Origin: the human T2T-CHM13v2.0 reference genome, Homo sapiens
Reading direction: 5' to 3' (one strand)
Assembly (NCBI RefSeq): GCF_009914755.1
Contig: NC_060928.1
Length of the DNA stretch: 64,000 nt
The position numbers and the translations under genes are program-made. Below, one piece after another: positions 11,972 to 25,310 of the stretch. The notes below the pieces were generated by a model. That model saw only the letters and a program-made list of their open reading frames with translations. It made no database searches and had not been told where the DNA came from. Numbering within the stretch: the first letter of the stretch is position 1; each line of letters opens with the position of its first letter.

Positions 11972-14164
11972 ATTCTCTTGGAAACATAATTACAAAAACT
12001 TCATTCCTTGCCCTGGCCGTTTCTTTAACCAAACTTCAGCTTCTTTGTGCCCATAGGTGCTGGCAAGCAGAGATGGTATATCTCTGAATATGCGTATTGT
12101 CAGTGTCTCTCTGTGAATGCCATTATTCAAGGGCTCACAATTGATATTGCTCTTTGTTGCAGATAGTGACTTCCAAAGTGAAGTTTTTGGAATGCTAGTG
12201 CTAGAAGACTTTCTTAAAAACAAAGATTTCATAGCAAAGTAAACTTTTTTATATTTTCCTAAGAAGAAAATGTAACCTTTCTTGGTAATTTTTGATGAAT
12301 ATTAAAAGATTTTCAAGATCCTTCATTTAAAAAAAAAAGTACCTACTTTGTAATCCACTTTTCTGTTGTTACTGAACTGGAGTGCACACGATAATTTTCC
12401 CCTGACCTCGTATATGCCACAAAGATTCTGATTTACACTCTGGGAGTCACAGCCTTCTTGATTTACCAAATCCTTATCTAAACACACAAAGACATCCACT
12501 CTTCCAAAAAATCACTTTTATGTACAGCAATGCTGTTAGTAAAGTTGTGTTTGTCTATCTGTGTCTTGTGTGTGCCTTTGTGTATGTCTCTGTGTGTGGT
12601 GTGTGTCTGTGTGTTTTCTTCTGTTTTAATTTGTGGTTCATCAAGAGGAACAAATTGTTCAGTACACGGAAGAAAATAACTCATTTACTTTTTTCCAAGA
12701 GTCAGATTTGAAGGATTTTTGAAGGTTCCTAAGATAATAAATTTATTATTTATGGACAAGCATTTTATATCATTAAAAAAGAACAAATTTTGTTAGTCTT
12801 ATAATGCTTTAAAAATGCAGAATTTCTCATGTGAGAATCGGAATTGAATTTTGGTATGAGATTATGAAATTATTAATTATTAATACTCTTTTGGTGAAAA
12901 GGAATATTTAAATATATTTTGAGACTTTACCCTCTATGTGACAAGCAACTTTTATTACTTTTGCATTTAATTAAAATTTCTAATTACATTTTTATCTATG
13001 ATAAAAAGTACAAAATTTAAAATTCAACAGTTACCACTATTAAATTTGAAGCATTTTCACATTACAGTTTCTGCTGCTTATACACCAACCATCAATGCTA
13101 TTATGGATTATCACTTCAATTAAAAGATTGTTTATGATCCCCATAGGTATAGATAGAAATGAAGGCTGAGCAATGGGAATTCCAATGATGATGTAGAACA
13201 TTCCATATTAAATAAAATCCTGTGCACCTGGGAAATCAAATTTTAGCTCAGTTGTATTTATTATGACACCCTAGGACTTGTGTTTTATGGATTCAAGATA
13301 AGAAAATCATTAAAAATCTGCTTGTCACATTAAGAGATCATTTAAAATTATTCCCTCAGGGATTATTATTAGCAATATATTGTAAGATCTTTTCCTTCCT
13401 TGACCATCTTATCTTTATGTAACACATGATTTCTGTAGTTAACTAGAGAATTCAGTGTTCAGGAAGATTATGATGCTGGGAAATCCTCCTGAGACAATTT
13501 TTTTCATCACTGAGATTTTCCCCCAAATAGGAAGTTGTTTTTCTTTTTTCAATCTGCAAATATCCTCACTTTTTCTCAAGCCACTTTCATTACTGTCAGT
13601 CTTCTGCAGGTTTTCACCACACCTAAAAAGAGAAAACATAACCATTACAAACCTAAAAAGACTCAATAAACCAAAGTAAAAAGTAAAACCTTGAGACCTG
13701 AGGTCAAAGAATCAAACCCAAGTAAGACTGGAGTTTTCCAGTGAAATACTTGGAAATCTAAAATTCAAAACCAAGGTCATGGTGTGGAAGGACATTAATA
13801 TACATTTTATCTTTTTATAACAAATCATCTCTAGGGAAATTTTCCTACTAGAAATCGTAATTATCTCCATCAGTCGCTCCAGGGCAGTATCGGCAAGCTG
13901 ATAATGCACCTGCATCTCTGCCAATCACATTGCCACAGAAACTGGAGGGGAAAAATCTGCTGCTCAAGAGTTCTATCTCTGAGCCTGTGAAATAGCCATT
14001 ATCTCCATGGCAATCTGTATTTAAGACAGCCATCCAATCCTCATCTTTTCTTTTTTACAGTTTACTTTTAAGCTTTCATACAGCTTCATTCTGAAAAATA
14101 TTTTCTTTAATTACTTTTCCTTTATTCCTCCAACTCAACATATATATATATAATACATATATAA

Positions 14165-14285
14165 ATAACGTATATGCATTTCCACAAAGCTATCTTGTTT
14201 TTATATAATTAGAGGGAACTTATCTTTCTGATTCCCTCTAATTATATAAAAACAAGATAGCTTTGTGGAAAAGCATATATGTTAT
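14165..14285. repeat. Inverted repeat, 54-bp arms, 13-bp spacer
   Basis: 14179-14218 is the exact reverse complement of 14232-14271. The arms extend to 54 bp with 2 mismatches. Confidence 0.97.
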
Positions 14286-14580
14286 ATACATATATATATA
14301 CTGCATAGAAAATATAACTGATATTTGAGTAAGTATGTAAAAGAAAATTGGCCAACAGAAAATAAAATTCTTAAGAAAACTAACAAGTAGTGGTTACAAT
14401 AATATATAGAGATGCAATATATATAAACTGTATGAAAAATGTAATTGACAATTGCATAGAGTCATTATGTAAATGAAACATCGACCAATGAAAAACATAA
14501 AATTCTTTAGACATTTAACAAGTACTGATTGCAACAAAACACAGGGTTGTTTTTTTTTAACTTTTTTGAATATGTAGTAA

Positions 14581-14875
14581 TTTTTTTTTTTAAATGGAGT
14601 CTCACCCTGTTGCCCAGGCTGGAGTGCAGTGGCATGATCTCGGCTCACTGCAACCTCCTCCGCCTCCCGGGTTCTAGCAATTCTTCTTCTTCAGCCTCCC
14701 GAGTAGCTGAGACTACAGGCACACACCACCATGCCTGGCTGATTTTTTGTATTTTAGCAGAGACTGGGTTTCACCATGTTGCCCAGGCTGATCTCAAACT
14801 CCTGAGCTCAGGTAGTCCACCTGCCTCAGCCTCCCAAAGTGCTGGGATTACAGGCGTGAGCCACTGTACCTGGCC
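14581..14875 (-). mobile_element. AluS (Sx/Sz-like) SINE
   Basis: Full antisense Alu; target duplication agtaatttttt starting at 14576 and 14876. Confidence 0.95.
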
Positions 14876-15385
14876 AGTAATTTTTTGATGTTTGAAGTTC
14901 TACTAAAAAACAAAATTTTCATTACAATAATATCAGTTGTTAATGTTTTTCCGACTGTCAATATCATTATTTAACTACTTTCTTTTCTTCACTCGATCTC
15001 ATAGTTCTATTCAACCTGCTAAGAACAAACAGTATCTATTCAACCATTTCAATCATCAAAGTAAAATTTCAGGAATATTATTCTTGTAAAACTCATGTGT
15101 GGACAATGTTTTTGTGAAGCAAAACCAGTGTGATTTGCTTTCAAGATTCCCTCCAGCGGGTTCTGTTTTTGTTGTTTTGCCGTACAAGTAATGAATGTGT
15201 CTGAATATAAAAGGGATAGGTAATTTAAGAAAGAAGTACATCTTTAATAAAGTACTGAAAAGTTTTGAAAATATCACACTGATAAAACCAAACATATCTG
15301 AAGCCATAATTCATAATGGAATTAACACTGTAAGTCTACATCAATGTTTTAAATATTTTCAGTACCTAGAAATATATGGTGAATA

Positions 15386-17467
15386 TGTGGTAGTGAATAA
15401 GTCTCATGAAACCTGATGGTTTTATAAATGGGAGTTCCCCTTCACAAGCTCTCTTGCCTGCTGCCATATAAGATGTGACTTTGTTCCTCTTTTGCCCTCT
15501 AGCATGATTGTGAGGCCTCCCCAGCTATGTGGAACTGTGAATCAATTAAACCACTTTTCTTTATAAATTACATAGTCTCAGGTATGTCTTTATTAGCAGC
15601 ATAAGAACAGACTAATACAGTGAATTGTTACCAATAGAGTGGGGTGCTGCTGTAAAGACAGCCAAAATTGTGGAAGCCACTTTGGAACTGGGTAACAGGC
15701 AGAGGCTGGAACAGTTTGGAAGCTCAGAAGAGGACGGGAACATGTGGGAAAGTTTGGAACGTCCTAGAGACTTTTTGAATGGCTTTGACCAAAATGCTGA
15801 TAGTGATATGGACAAGAAATCTAGGTTGAGGCGGTCTAGGATGGAGATGAGGAACTTGCTGGGTACTGGAGTAAAGGTCACTCTTGTTATGCAAAAAGAC
15901 TGGTGATATTTTGCCTCTGCCCTAGAGGTCTGTGGAACTTTGAACTTGAGAGAGATAATTTAAGGTATCTGGCATAACAGATTTCTAAGTGGCAAAATAT
16001 TCAAGAGGAAGCAGAGAATAAAAATCTGACTATGCAATAAAAAAAAAAAGAAAAATCCATTTTCTGAGTAGAAATTCAAGCCAGCTGCAAAAATTTGCAT
16101 AAGTAACAAGGAGCCAAATGTTAATCACCAAGACAATGGGGAAAATGTCTCCAGAGCATGTTACAGACCTTTATGGCAGCCCCTTCCATCACATGCCTAG
16201 AGGCCTAGTAGGGAAAAATGGCTCCATGGGCTGAGCCCAGGGACTCCTGCTCCATGCAGCCTTGGGGCATGGTGCCCTGCATCCCAGCTGCTTCAGCTCC
16301 AGCTATGGCTAAAAGGGGCGAACATACAGCTCAGGCCATTGCTTCAGAGAATGCAAGCCCCAAGCCTTGGTGGCTTACACGTGGTTTTGGGCATGCTGGT
16401 ACACAGAAGTCAAGAATTGAGGTTTGGGAACCTCTGCCTAGATTTCATAGGATGCGTGGAAATGCCTGGATGTCCAGGCAGATGTTTGCTTCAAGGTCAG
16501 GGCCCTCATGGGAGCTTCTGCTAGGGCAGTGTGGAAGGGAAATGTGGGGTTGAAGCCCCCACACAGAGTCCCCACTGAAGAACTGCCTACTAGAACTCTG
16601 AAAAGAGGGCCACCATCCTCCAGACCCCAGAATGATAGATCCACCGATAGCTTGGACAGTGCACCTGGAAAAGCCACAGACACTCAACACCAGCAGCTGA
16701 GAGGGGGGCTATACCCTGCAAAGCCACAGGGCAGAGCTGCACAAGACCATGGGAACCCACCTCTTGCATCAGTATGACCTGGATGTAAGACATGGAGTCA
16801 AAGACAATCATTTTGGAGCTTTAAGATTTGACTGCCCTGCTGGATTTTGAAGTTGCATGGGGCTGGTAGCCCCTTCATTTTGGCCAATTTCTCCCATTTG
16901 GAATGGGTGTATTTATCCCAATGCCTGTACCCCCATTGTATCTAGGAAGTAACTAACTTGCTTTTGATTTTACAGGCTTCTAGGCGGGAGGGACTTGCCT
17001 TGTCTCAGATAAGACTTTAAACTGTGGACCTCTGAGTTGATGCTGAAATGAGTTAAGACTTTGGGGATCTATTGGGAAGGCATGATTGGTTTTCGAATGT
17101 GAGGACCTGAGATCTTGGAGGGGCCAGGGGTGGAATGATATGTGCTTTGGCTATGTCCACACCCAAATCTCACTTTGAATTGTAATTATCCCCATGTGTC
17201 AAGGACAGGGCCGGGTGGAGATGATTGAATCATGAGGGCAGTTTTGCCCATACTGTTCTCGTGGTAGTCAGTTTCATGAGATCTGATGGTTTTATAAATG
17301 GGAGTTCCCCTGCATAAGCTCTCTTGCCTGCTGCCATATAAGATGTAACTTTGCTCATCATTCGCCTTCTGGCATGATTGTGAGGCTTCTGCAGATGTGT
17401 GGAACTGGGAGTCAATTAAACCTCTTTCCTTTATAAATTACCCAGTCTCTGGGAACAGGCTAATACA
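15386..17467 (+). mobile_element. THE1 (ERVL-MaLR) element: truncated 5' LTR 15386-15619, internal region 15620-17135, 3' LTR 17136-17467
   Basis: Two similar LTR copies ending in ctaataca. THE1-int sequence (gggtaacaggcagagg, agagcatgttacagacc). Purine-rich tract just before the 3' LTR start tgatat. Confidence 0.93.
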
Positions 17468-19755
17468 TAGTCCTAAACTTCATAACTTATCTAATGTAGC
17501 TCTCCCCAGTATGACTAACCACCACACTCCATATTCACCTCCATCTGTTTCCAATATGTCCCATCCTTCTCAAAAAGAAGTGTCTATTCTCTGTATTTAG
17601 GACATCACTTATGAGGTATAAATTATTCATGTTATGCTTCTCATCTGGAGTGTTTTCTCTCCAGTCCATAGCAGTGTTCAAGGCCTAAAAGCAGAGGTGA
17701 CAAAAACAGTCTGCCTGCAAATGAAACATGGCTCAAAGACATGTTTTTTATGGTCCACACAGTAGCCAATAACTTAAAAACTGAAAATTTTTATATAAAA
17801 ATCCAGATTTTCATCTTTACCTGAACACCTAGAACATGTGGTTGCACTGTCCCCCGTGGCAATAGTTGGCTGGAGCTAAGCAGCTCTGGAACCTTCTTGG
17901 TGGGGCAGTGTATGTACTCCTTGGTCTAGCCCAGTTTTCATTTCTTCTTATTTCTTAGCCTGGGTCCCTATAGGCACTTCAACTTTTGATCTCTGACATG
18001 CAAGAATGAAATTATATAGCAAAGAGTAGAAAATCTTTGAACACTCATTCACAAGGGAAAGTTTCAACATTATTATAGCAGTACCTAATCTAAATAAAGT
18101 CAACCACAAATTTATTTATGTTTAATAAACTTTATTACTACAACTTATTCAACATTTATTGAATCCTGTTTTGTACCAAGAATTAGATGAGGAAATGTGG
18201 ACAAAGAGCAGAGTAAAGTATATTTCTGCCTTCCCATAATTAATCATGTAGTCAATATAACAGAAATCATTTTAAACAAGGTATTTTAATACAATGCAAT
18301 AACAGAGATATATACAAAAGGCACTAAAAGAAAATATCTGAGCATCAGCTGTATTATATTCAAAGAGCCAACTTATCCATAGATGTTATTAATGAATAGA
18401 TGACAGATTTGATGGCTTACATCAATTTAGTTTTTACAAGAGGAATATAAACACCTGTGTCATAATTGAGGACTGCAAACTACTCAAAGTCATAATTGTA
18501 ATTTTGCATGACTTGTAAAATGTCTGCTTCAGTAATCATGAAGCACTAAGAAATCAGTATCACACTTTAGAATATAACTAAACTTTTTATTCCTAACCTA
18601 TTATTTACCTGCCTATCTTAAAGAAATATCTTGGATGTTTGAGTTAAGTATCTGCTTGATAAATGTTATATAAATCAGTTGCTACAGGCATCAGTGTTTT
18701 GGATATTTTTCAAATATAGTGCGACTGTTTATTTCAAATTTAATTCAAATAAGATGTATTTTGAACTGTCTCAGGTTAAATTTCTGGAACTTTATGGTAA
18801 CTTGAAGGAATTTAAAAGTAGGAATTATTACAATTCAAACTCATATTAATCTAAAGACAATTCTGAGCTTTAGTTTTGGGTTTTTTATCAAGGCAAGATC
18901 AATCTCCCCCTGAATTTGACCCATTAATCTGTCTTCCCCCCTTAACCACACCCTTTCAAATTTTGCATATTTGAAAAGAGCTATCATACCTTCCTCACAA
19001 ATATACTTATTCAATAATTTCCTGTTTAGATTACTCATATGGCTCTATTATTTTTCTGCGAACTTTCTTCTCAAATGTTGCCCTGTTTTTAAACATTCCT
19101 TGTAAAACATAGCACTTAGAAACAAATGAAGTATTCTAGATTGTGGATGATCAGATCCAAGTTTGGCACAATTATTTTTCTTGATGTAGACAATATTATT
19201 TTTGAGCAAGCTTTATATCCAATAACATTTCTGGTAGCATATCATACTTCAGATGCACATTGAACTTAAATTATTCATTTGTTTCTTCTGAGTGCCATAT
19301 TTGGCTTCATCCACTAAACCATATGATAATTATTTGGTACATATGATAAACCTATAGTTCTAATGACAACATTTCTGTAAAAGCTATGGATTTCAGATTC
19401 CTTGAAATAAATTTTCAGTCCACCTTTCAAGCACTGTCTTCACTGAGTATAACACTCACTCAGTACAGGATACTTTTCATGGTATAGAGTCCCTAAGGAC
19501 CAAGGAGTCCTGGAATCATATGTAATCTCATCACCCAATCATTTGCTCTACCATACAACTTTATGATATTGTTTTAACCAAAAGTCAGATTCACTATTAT
19601 AGAAATTACCCTATTGTTGGAAGTTACTAAGATAATGGTCATTAGTCTGATGTCAGAGAGGAAAATCCAAATAATGACATGTCATTGTTTATCTTATTGA
19701 TAACTGCATACCACTTTATACTGTAAATAACTGAAAATAAACATTTCTTAAAGCT

Positions 19756-20189
19756 TGTAGTAGACTGAATACTGGTGTCCCAAAGATGTCCATGTCCTAA
19801 TTCCCAGACCTCCAAATGTTTCCTTACATGGCAAAAGGGACTTTACAGGTGTGATTTAGTTAAGGATCTTCAGATCAGAGGATTCCTCTACATTACTTGG
19901 GCAGGCCCGGTGTACTCACAAGAGTCCTTAAAAGCAGAGAGGAGGGTCAGGGCAGAGAAGGCCACGTGACAATGGAAGCAGAGGTCAGAGTGAAATGGGG
20001 CCACAAGACAAGAAACACAGGCAGCCTCTAGAGCTGGAAAAAGCAAGAAAATAGATTCTTACCCACAGCCTTCAAAAGGAGTACAGCCCTGCTTGCCCAT
20101 TTTGGATTTCTGACCTCCAGAACAAATGTGTGTTGCTTTAAGTCAGTAAGTGTGGTAATTTGTAACAGCAGCAATAGGAAACTGATATG
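19756..20189 (+). mobile_element. MLT1 solo LTR (MLT1D-like)
   Basis: cccaaagatgtccatgtcctaat...ttacatggcaaaagggacttt...acagcagcaataggaaact. Confidence 0.85.
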
Positions 20190-21964
20190 CTTCTTAATCA
20201 AAGGCTCCTGGTAAAAACTGCACTCATCTAATTAGACTTTGCTGGGGGTGGAATAAAACACAACTTCTATTTATCCTGACAGATATTAAAGAACATAAGG
20301 CTTTTTTCTTCTTCCTAATAGTGGCTTTAATAGTTTGATTTTTTTTCAACTCTGCTACACTTTACATATATTATATGGGAAGAAATTGGTACAATGAGTC
20401 TAATTTTCTACAGATTTGTCAAGAGTATTTGAACAGTAAAACATATTTCCAAACAATCATTAGTTTCTAACACCAAAAACTGGGTAAACAGCCAAACTAA
20501 AATGGTATTAAAAAGACTCATCATTCTTTATATTAATTGCTAACTCATTAATCAATTACTAATTCAGAAATACACAGATTATTAGGTATTGCTAAGTGAT
20601 AACTTGTGGACTTAAAGGTAAATTTGGGTAAGGATAAAAAATTAAAACTTGGTTTAGAATAATAAAATGATACCAAATCAGAATCAGAATCACACAATTC
20701 CAATGTTTAGAAACTGTAAAATTTATACTAAAAATATTTAAGGCATTATTTATCAAGCTAACACAGTTCTAAATAATTGTACAATGCTTTAGACAGGAAT
20801 AGAAAATCAATAAGCTGGAGGTTTCAACCATTCCTGTCATGGAACATTTTAAGATTTATGAAATAAAATTGATTTGTGAAATCAGACAGAATTGCTGTAT
20901 TTACCTTTCATTAACATGAATGTAACTGTGCCACTAGTCAAAAATATTAATCACGTTGATTATCCTTAAGCAATTTCAAGTTTATTATTGAAAGCATAAG
21001 TATTCATTTTCCCAAGTATTCAATAAGACTGCCTGTCAAATTACAAACAACACAATAAATTCTACAAAGTGTGGTGAAACAATAAAATCATTTAACATAA
21101 TTGAATATTCCCATGAATTGTATAAACATTAATCTTAATGATAAATCAAAAAGCAAATAACTTATTGGGTAAAGTTCTTAAGTTCTACATCTAGCTCTGT
21201 CACTAACAACACTTCTTAAATCCACTGAAAATAATCTACTTCTAACCTTGACTCTGTTTTCATTAATCACCACAAGGACTCTCAAGTCACCTTAGTTTCC
21301 CATGCTTTAATCTCCTATTGGACCCTACGCATACTTGATTTTTGTCCTCTTTTATTACCCATCCCTGATTCCTAAACCTTTTCTATTGTGTCCTTCAGGA
21401 ACCATCATCAGAAGAATGCCTTATATCCTAAAATTAGTCTATGAATATTCTCTTCACTTTCTTTCTTTAATATAACTGGCTTTCCTTCATTTTCCAAGCA
21501 GTGGCTCATGTCTCCCATAGTCATTGTTGCAATAACTTCACTATTCGCAGAAGTGACTGAAAACCACACACACATGCACACAAATCACATCACAAAAAGT
21601 AAACTCAGTGTATCCTTGACATGACTTTGTAAGATCTCAAAAATACCTATGGCCTCTCTCCATTGCTGTCCAACAAGGAGACAAGTATTGCAGACAAGAA
21701 GCTAGATTGGCAGAGAGTGATCTTAACTGGTTGTGGTCAAAATAGTTTACTTCTGTAAATATGTCAAAAGCACATATCCCTGTGAACATATTGGTAAAGC
21801 CCCTCCCAGGAAATAAGCTCCTGTAAGGAAGTGGGGTGGGGCAGGGGAGCTAGAATTCAAGCCTCATTAGTTCCATGAAGACCCCACAATTGCATGCATC
21901 CCACTCTCTGACCACCACCTCCTGCGTTTTCTCTCCCCTCTCTCTGGTACCTCAATGACACATT

Positions 21965-22685
21965 TTAGTTTTTAGCTTCTCATTTTAAAACAATTTCAGA
22001 CTCATAAAAAGTTGCAGAAATAGTAAACACAGTTCCCATGTCTTCTTCACTCAGCTTCCTTAAATGTTAACATCCTACAAAGCCAGTATAATTATCGAAA
22101 TATAGTTATGAAAGCTAGGAAATTAAGATTGGTGCAACACCATTGACAAAAATAAACCTTATTCAAATTTCATGAGTTGTCTCACTAATATTTTTATTTT
22201 TTACTATGGAATTTAATCTAGGATCCCATAATTAATTTAATTGTCATCTTGCCTCTAATTTGGGACAGTTCTTCATTCTTTCTTTGACTTTGATGAACTT
22301 AACACTTTTGAAGAGTACTGACCATTTATTTTGTCAAATGTCCTTCAGTTGGGTTTGTCAGTATTTCATCATGATTAAAATCAAGTTGTGCATTTTTCAA
22401 AATAATACCACAGAAGTGGCGCGCCCTTCTCAATGCATCATATGAGGTGCTACATGATGTTGGTTTGTCCCATTATTGCTGGTATTAACTTTGATCATTT
22501 GGTCAAGGTGTTACATGCAGATTTCTCCACTGCAAAGTTAGTTTTCTCTGTGTAACTAATATGTATCTGGTAGGGAGGGAGACTATAAATATTCCACATC
22601 TCATCATATTTTGTCAACTAAGTTTAGCATTCATCGATGATTCTTGCCTGTAACAATTGTTACTGTAACGTTTGCCAACTGGTGA
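21965..22685 (-). mobile_element. L1M (L1MB/MC-type) 3' end fragment
   Basis: aatttcagactcataaaaagttgcagaaatagt... matches the antisense 3'UTR pattern of old L1 elements. Confidence 0.7.
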
Positions 22686-22689
22686 TCCA

Positions 22690-25310
22690 AAACTCTCAAC
22701 CCTACTGGGACCTCCATTCCGTTGATCTTTCCGATGTTACTCTATCCTCAGCATTTTCGTTTCCTCACTTCCCTCTATGTGTAGCTTAAATTCAATTCTC
22801 CATCATTATAATTACCCCTTGCCTATATCCTCAACTCATTTTCTCTTCACTTGTTTCACTGTATTTCTCGTTAAAACCACAGCTCTTCACCTACTCTTTG
22901 CCTAGAACTATGGACTTGAGATTTGCTGATTAAAAAATACATAAGCAAATTAACTGGTTTCTTTTCAAACAATGTTCATTACCCCTAGAGAATCCCTAAT
23001 ATTGTCAGGTAATTATACTATGTCTTTCTAGTTCATTATTACTTTACAACTCTTCACACCTTCTTCTCTCTCCTCCAGCTCCCTGTACCTCCTTATCCAT
23101 TTCCCCTCTCAGCTGATGTCCTTGTTTCATATTTTCTGAGAAAAATATGAATCAACCTAATCAGACTTTGAACCAGCTCCCACCATAATATCTACTTGCT
23201 GGCATCTGCACTCACACTGGCTCCCACTGTTACCATAGGTGAAATTTCTATGTTTTAATACCATGTATAAAAGCTTATCCTTTTTCATCTACTCAAGCAC
23301 ATTGCTCCAGCAGTTTCTCTCACTTTTGCATCATCAAAGTTTTCTCTATATTAGATCATGCCAACAGCTTACATTTTATTATTCCTGTCTTTTTTAAAAA
23401 AAATCTTTCATTCCACTTTTCCCACATGTTACCACCCCATTACTTTGCTCCTCTTTATAGCAAAACTCTTCAGAAATTGTTTTCAATGGTTACTGTCCCC
23501 AATTCCTCTCCTTCTATTCACTCAAATCTATTTCATTCAGATATTTGCCTCTATTGTTCACTGAAACTGATCTTATAAAAGTCATCAAAAAACCATTACA
23601 TTACAAATGCACAGTTAGTTCTGAGTACTCTTTTTGCTTCACCTAGTAGTGGCACTCATCACAGCTGAACATTCCCTCCCACGTGTCACAGTGTGTTCAC
23701 TTACTACCAAAGGAAACATTCTGTGTGTTTCTTCTGTTTGACCGGATGTTCTGCCTCCATACCTTTTACTCATTCAAGCCTTCATATGTTGAAGTGTCCC
23801 AGGTTTTACTCATTCTGATGATCTCATTTAATCTCATGTCTTTAAATGCCATTTATATGGTATATTAGTCGGCTTGGGCTGCCATAACAAAATACCATAG
23901 ACTAGATGTCTTTAAAAAGAGAAATTTATTTCTCAAAGTTCTTAAGGCTGGAAGTCCCAGATCAAGGGGTCACCAGAGCTGGTTTCTCCTGAAGCCACTC
24001 TCCGTGGCTTGCAGAGGTCAGCTTCTCGCTGTGACTTCAAATGGTCTTTTCTCCATGTGTGTGCACCCTTGATGTCACTCTATGTGTCCAAATTTCCTCT
24101 TCTTCAAAGAACAAATCAGATTGGTTTAAGGTCCTCCCTAAAGACCTCATTTTAAGCTAAACACCTTTTTGAAGGCCCTGCCTCCAAAGGTAGTCATATT
24201 CTGAGGAACTGTGAGTTTCTCCACTTCAATATATCAATTTGGGGAAGACACAATTCAGGCAATAATATATGACAATTCCAAATTTTATACTGCCAACTCA
24301 GACCTTCCTCCCCAAATTCAGATTCATATATATGATAGTTTTAACATCTCTCATGAATTTTATCCTGGAAATCCACTCTCCCCACAGCCATCTCTGTCTT
24401 GGGTCTCAGTAACTCCATTTTACCGTCCTTTCGTGATCCTGGTCAAAAAACCTTAGAATCCTCCTTGACCCTCTCTTCTCTAACTGCTCACATACAATCC
24501 ACTAGAAAGTCATGTCACTCTACCTGCAAAATATATTTAAAATCTGATCCTTTATCATTCTCTTCACTGCAATCACAATGAACTAAGTCAACATCATCTT
24601 TTGCCTGGATTTCTGCAATAGTTTCCCAGGTCTTCCTCTTGCTTCTTTGTAGTCCATTCTCAAAACAGAACCCATAAGTGATCTTTTTAAGACATAAGTC
24701 AGACTATATTACTCTTCTATTCAAAATCCTTCAATGGCTTGACGTTTCACTTGGAGTAAAATGAAAAGTCCTTACAAGGAATTACAAGGCCCTGCCAGTT
24801 CTGGGCCCAACTCCCTATCCCCTTAACGCTCTGACCTACTCCTATGCTTCTCACATCAGCTTACTACACTTCAGCCAAACTGACCTCCTCCTATCCTAAA
24901 ACACACCAGTCATGCTCCTGCTTTAGAGCCTTTGTTCTGGCTACTACTCCATCATTCTTCTGGACAAACTGCTAACTGCATGGCTCGCTCCTTCACCTTC
25001 TTCAAGACTTGGTTTAAATCTGAACCTTACCAATACACCTTCACTGACAATTGGCTACTGCTCCTAAGCCCTGCCCACCCTATCCCACCACCCTCAACCT
25101 GGACGTTTTCTTTATTCATGACATTACTTACCATTTATGTAACATATTATCAAATTTACTTATTCATTATATTTATTTTTATTGTTTTTTTATCTGTCTT
25201 CCAAAATAGGAATTTAAGTGCTCTAGTGCAGGAATCTTTATTCATTTTCTTCCCTGATATATTCAAATTCCTAAGGAAGTGTCCAGGACTTTATAGGTGC
25301 TCTTTAAATA
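22690..25310 (+). mobile_element. L2 (L2a-like) LINE, interrupted by MLT1A; tail resumes at about 26297-26322 after an L1MA insertion
   Basis: Pyrimidine-rich L2 motifs (tcaaaatccttcaatggct, catggctcgctccttcaccttcttcaag), ending taggtgctc, with a (tgaa)n tail after the L1. Confidence 0.8.
23860..24265 (-). mobile_element. MLT1A-like solo LTR
   Basis: tattagtc..gggctgccataacaaaataccatagact...ggctggaagtcccagatcaagg...ggggaagacacaattcag. Confidence 0.85.

Noticed and set aside
15516-15528. THE1 LTR position that can carry the PRDM9 hotspot 13-mer
   Set aside because: Sequence is CCTCCCCAGCTAT, which does not match CCNCCNTNNCCNC.
15625-16811. Cluster of overlapping GC-richer ORFs
   Set aside because: All lie within the THE1 internal region and are fragments of a decayed MaLR element.
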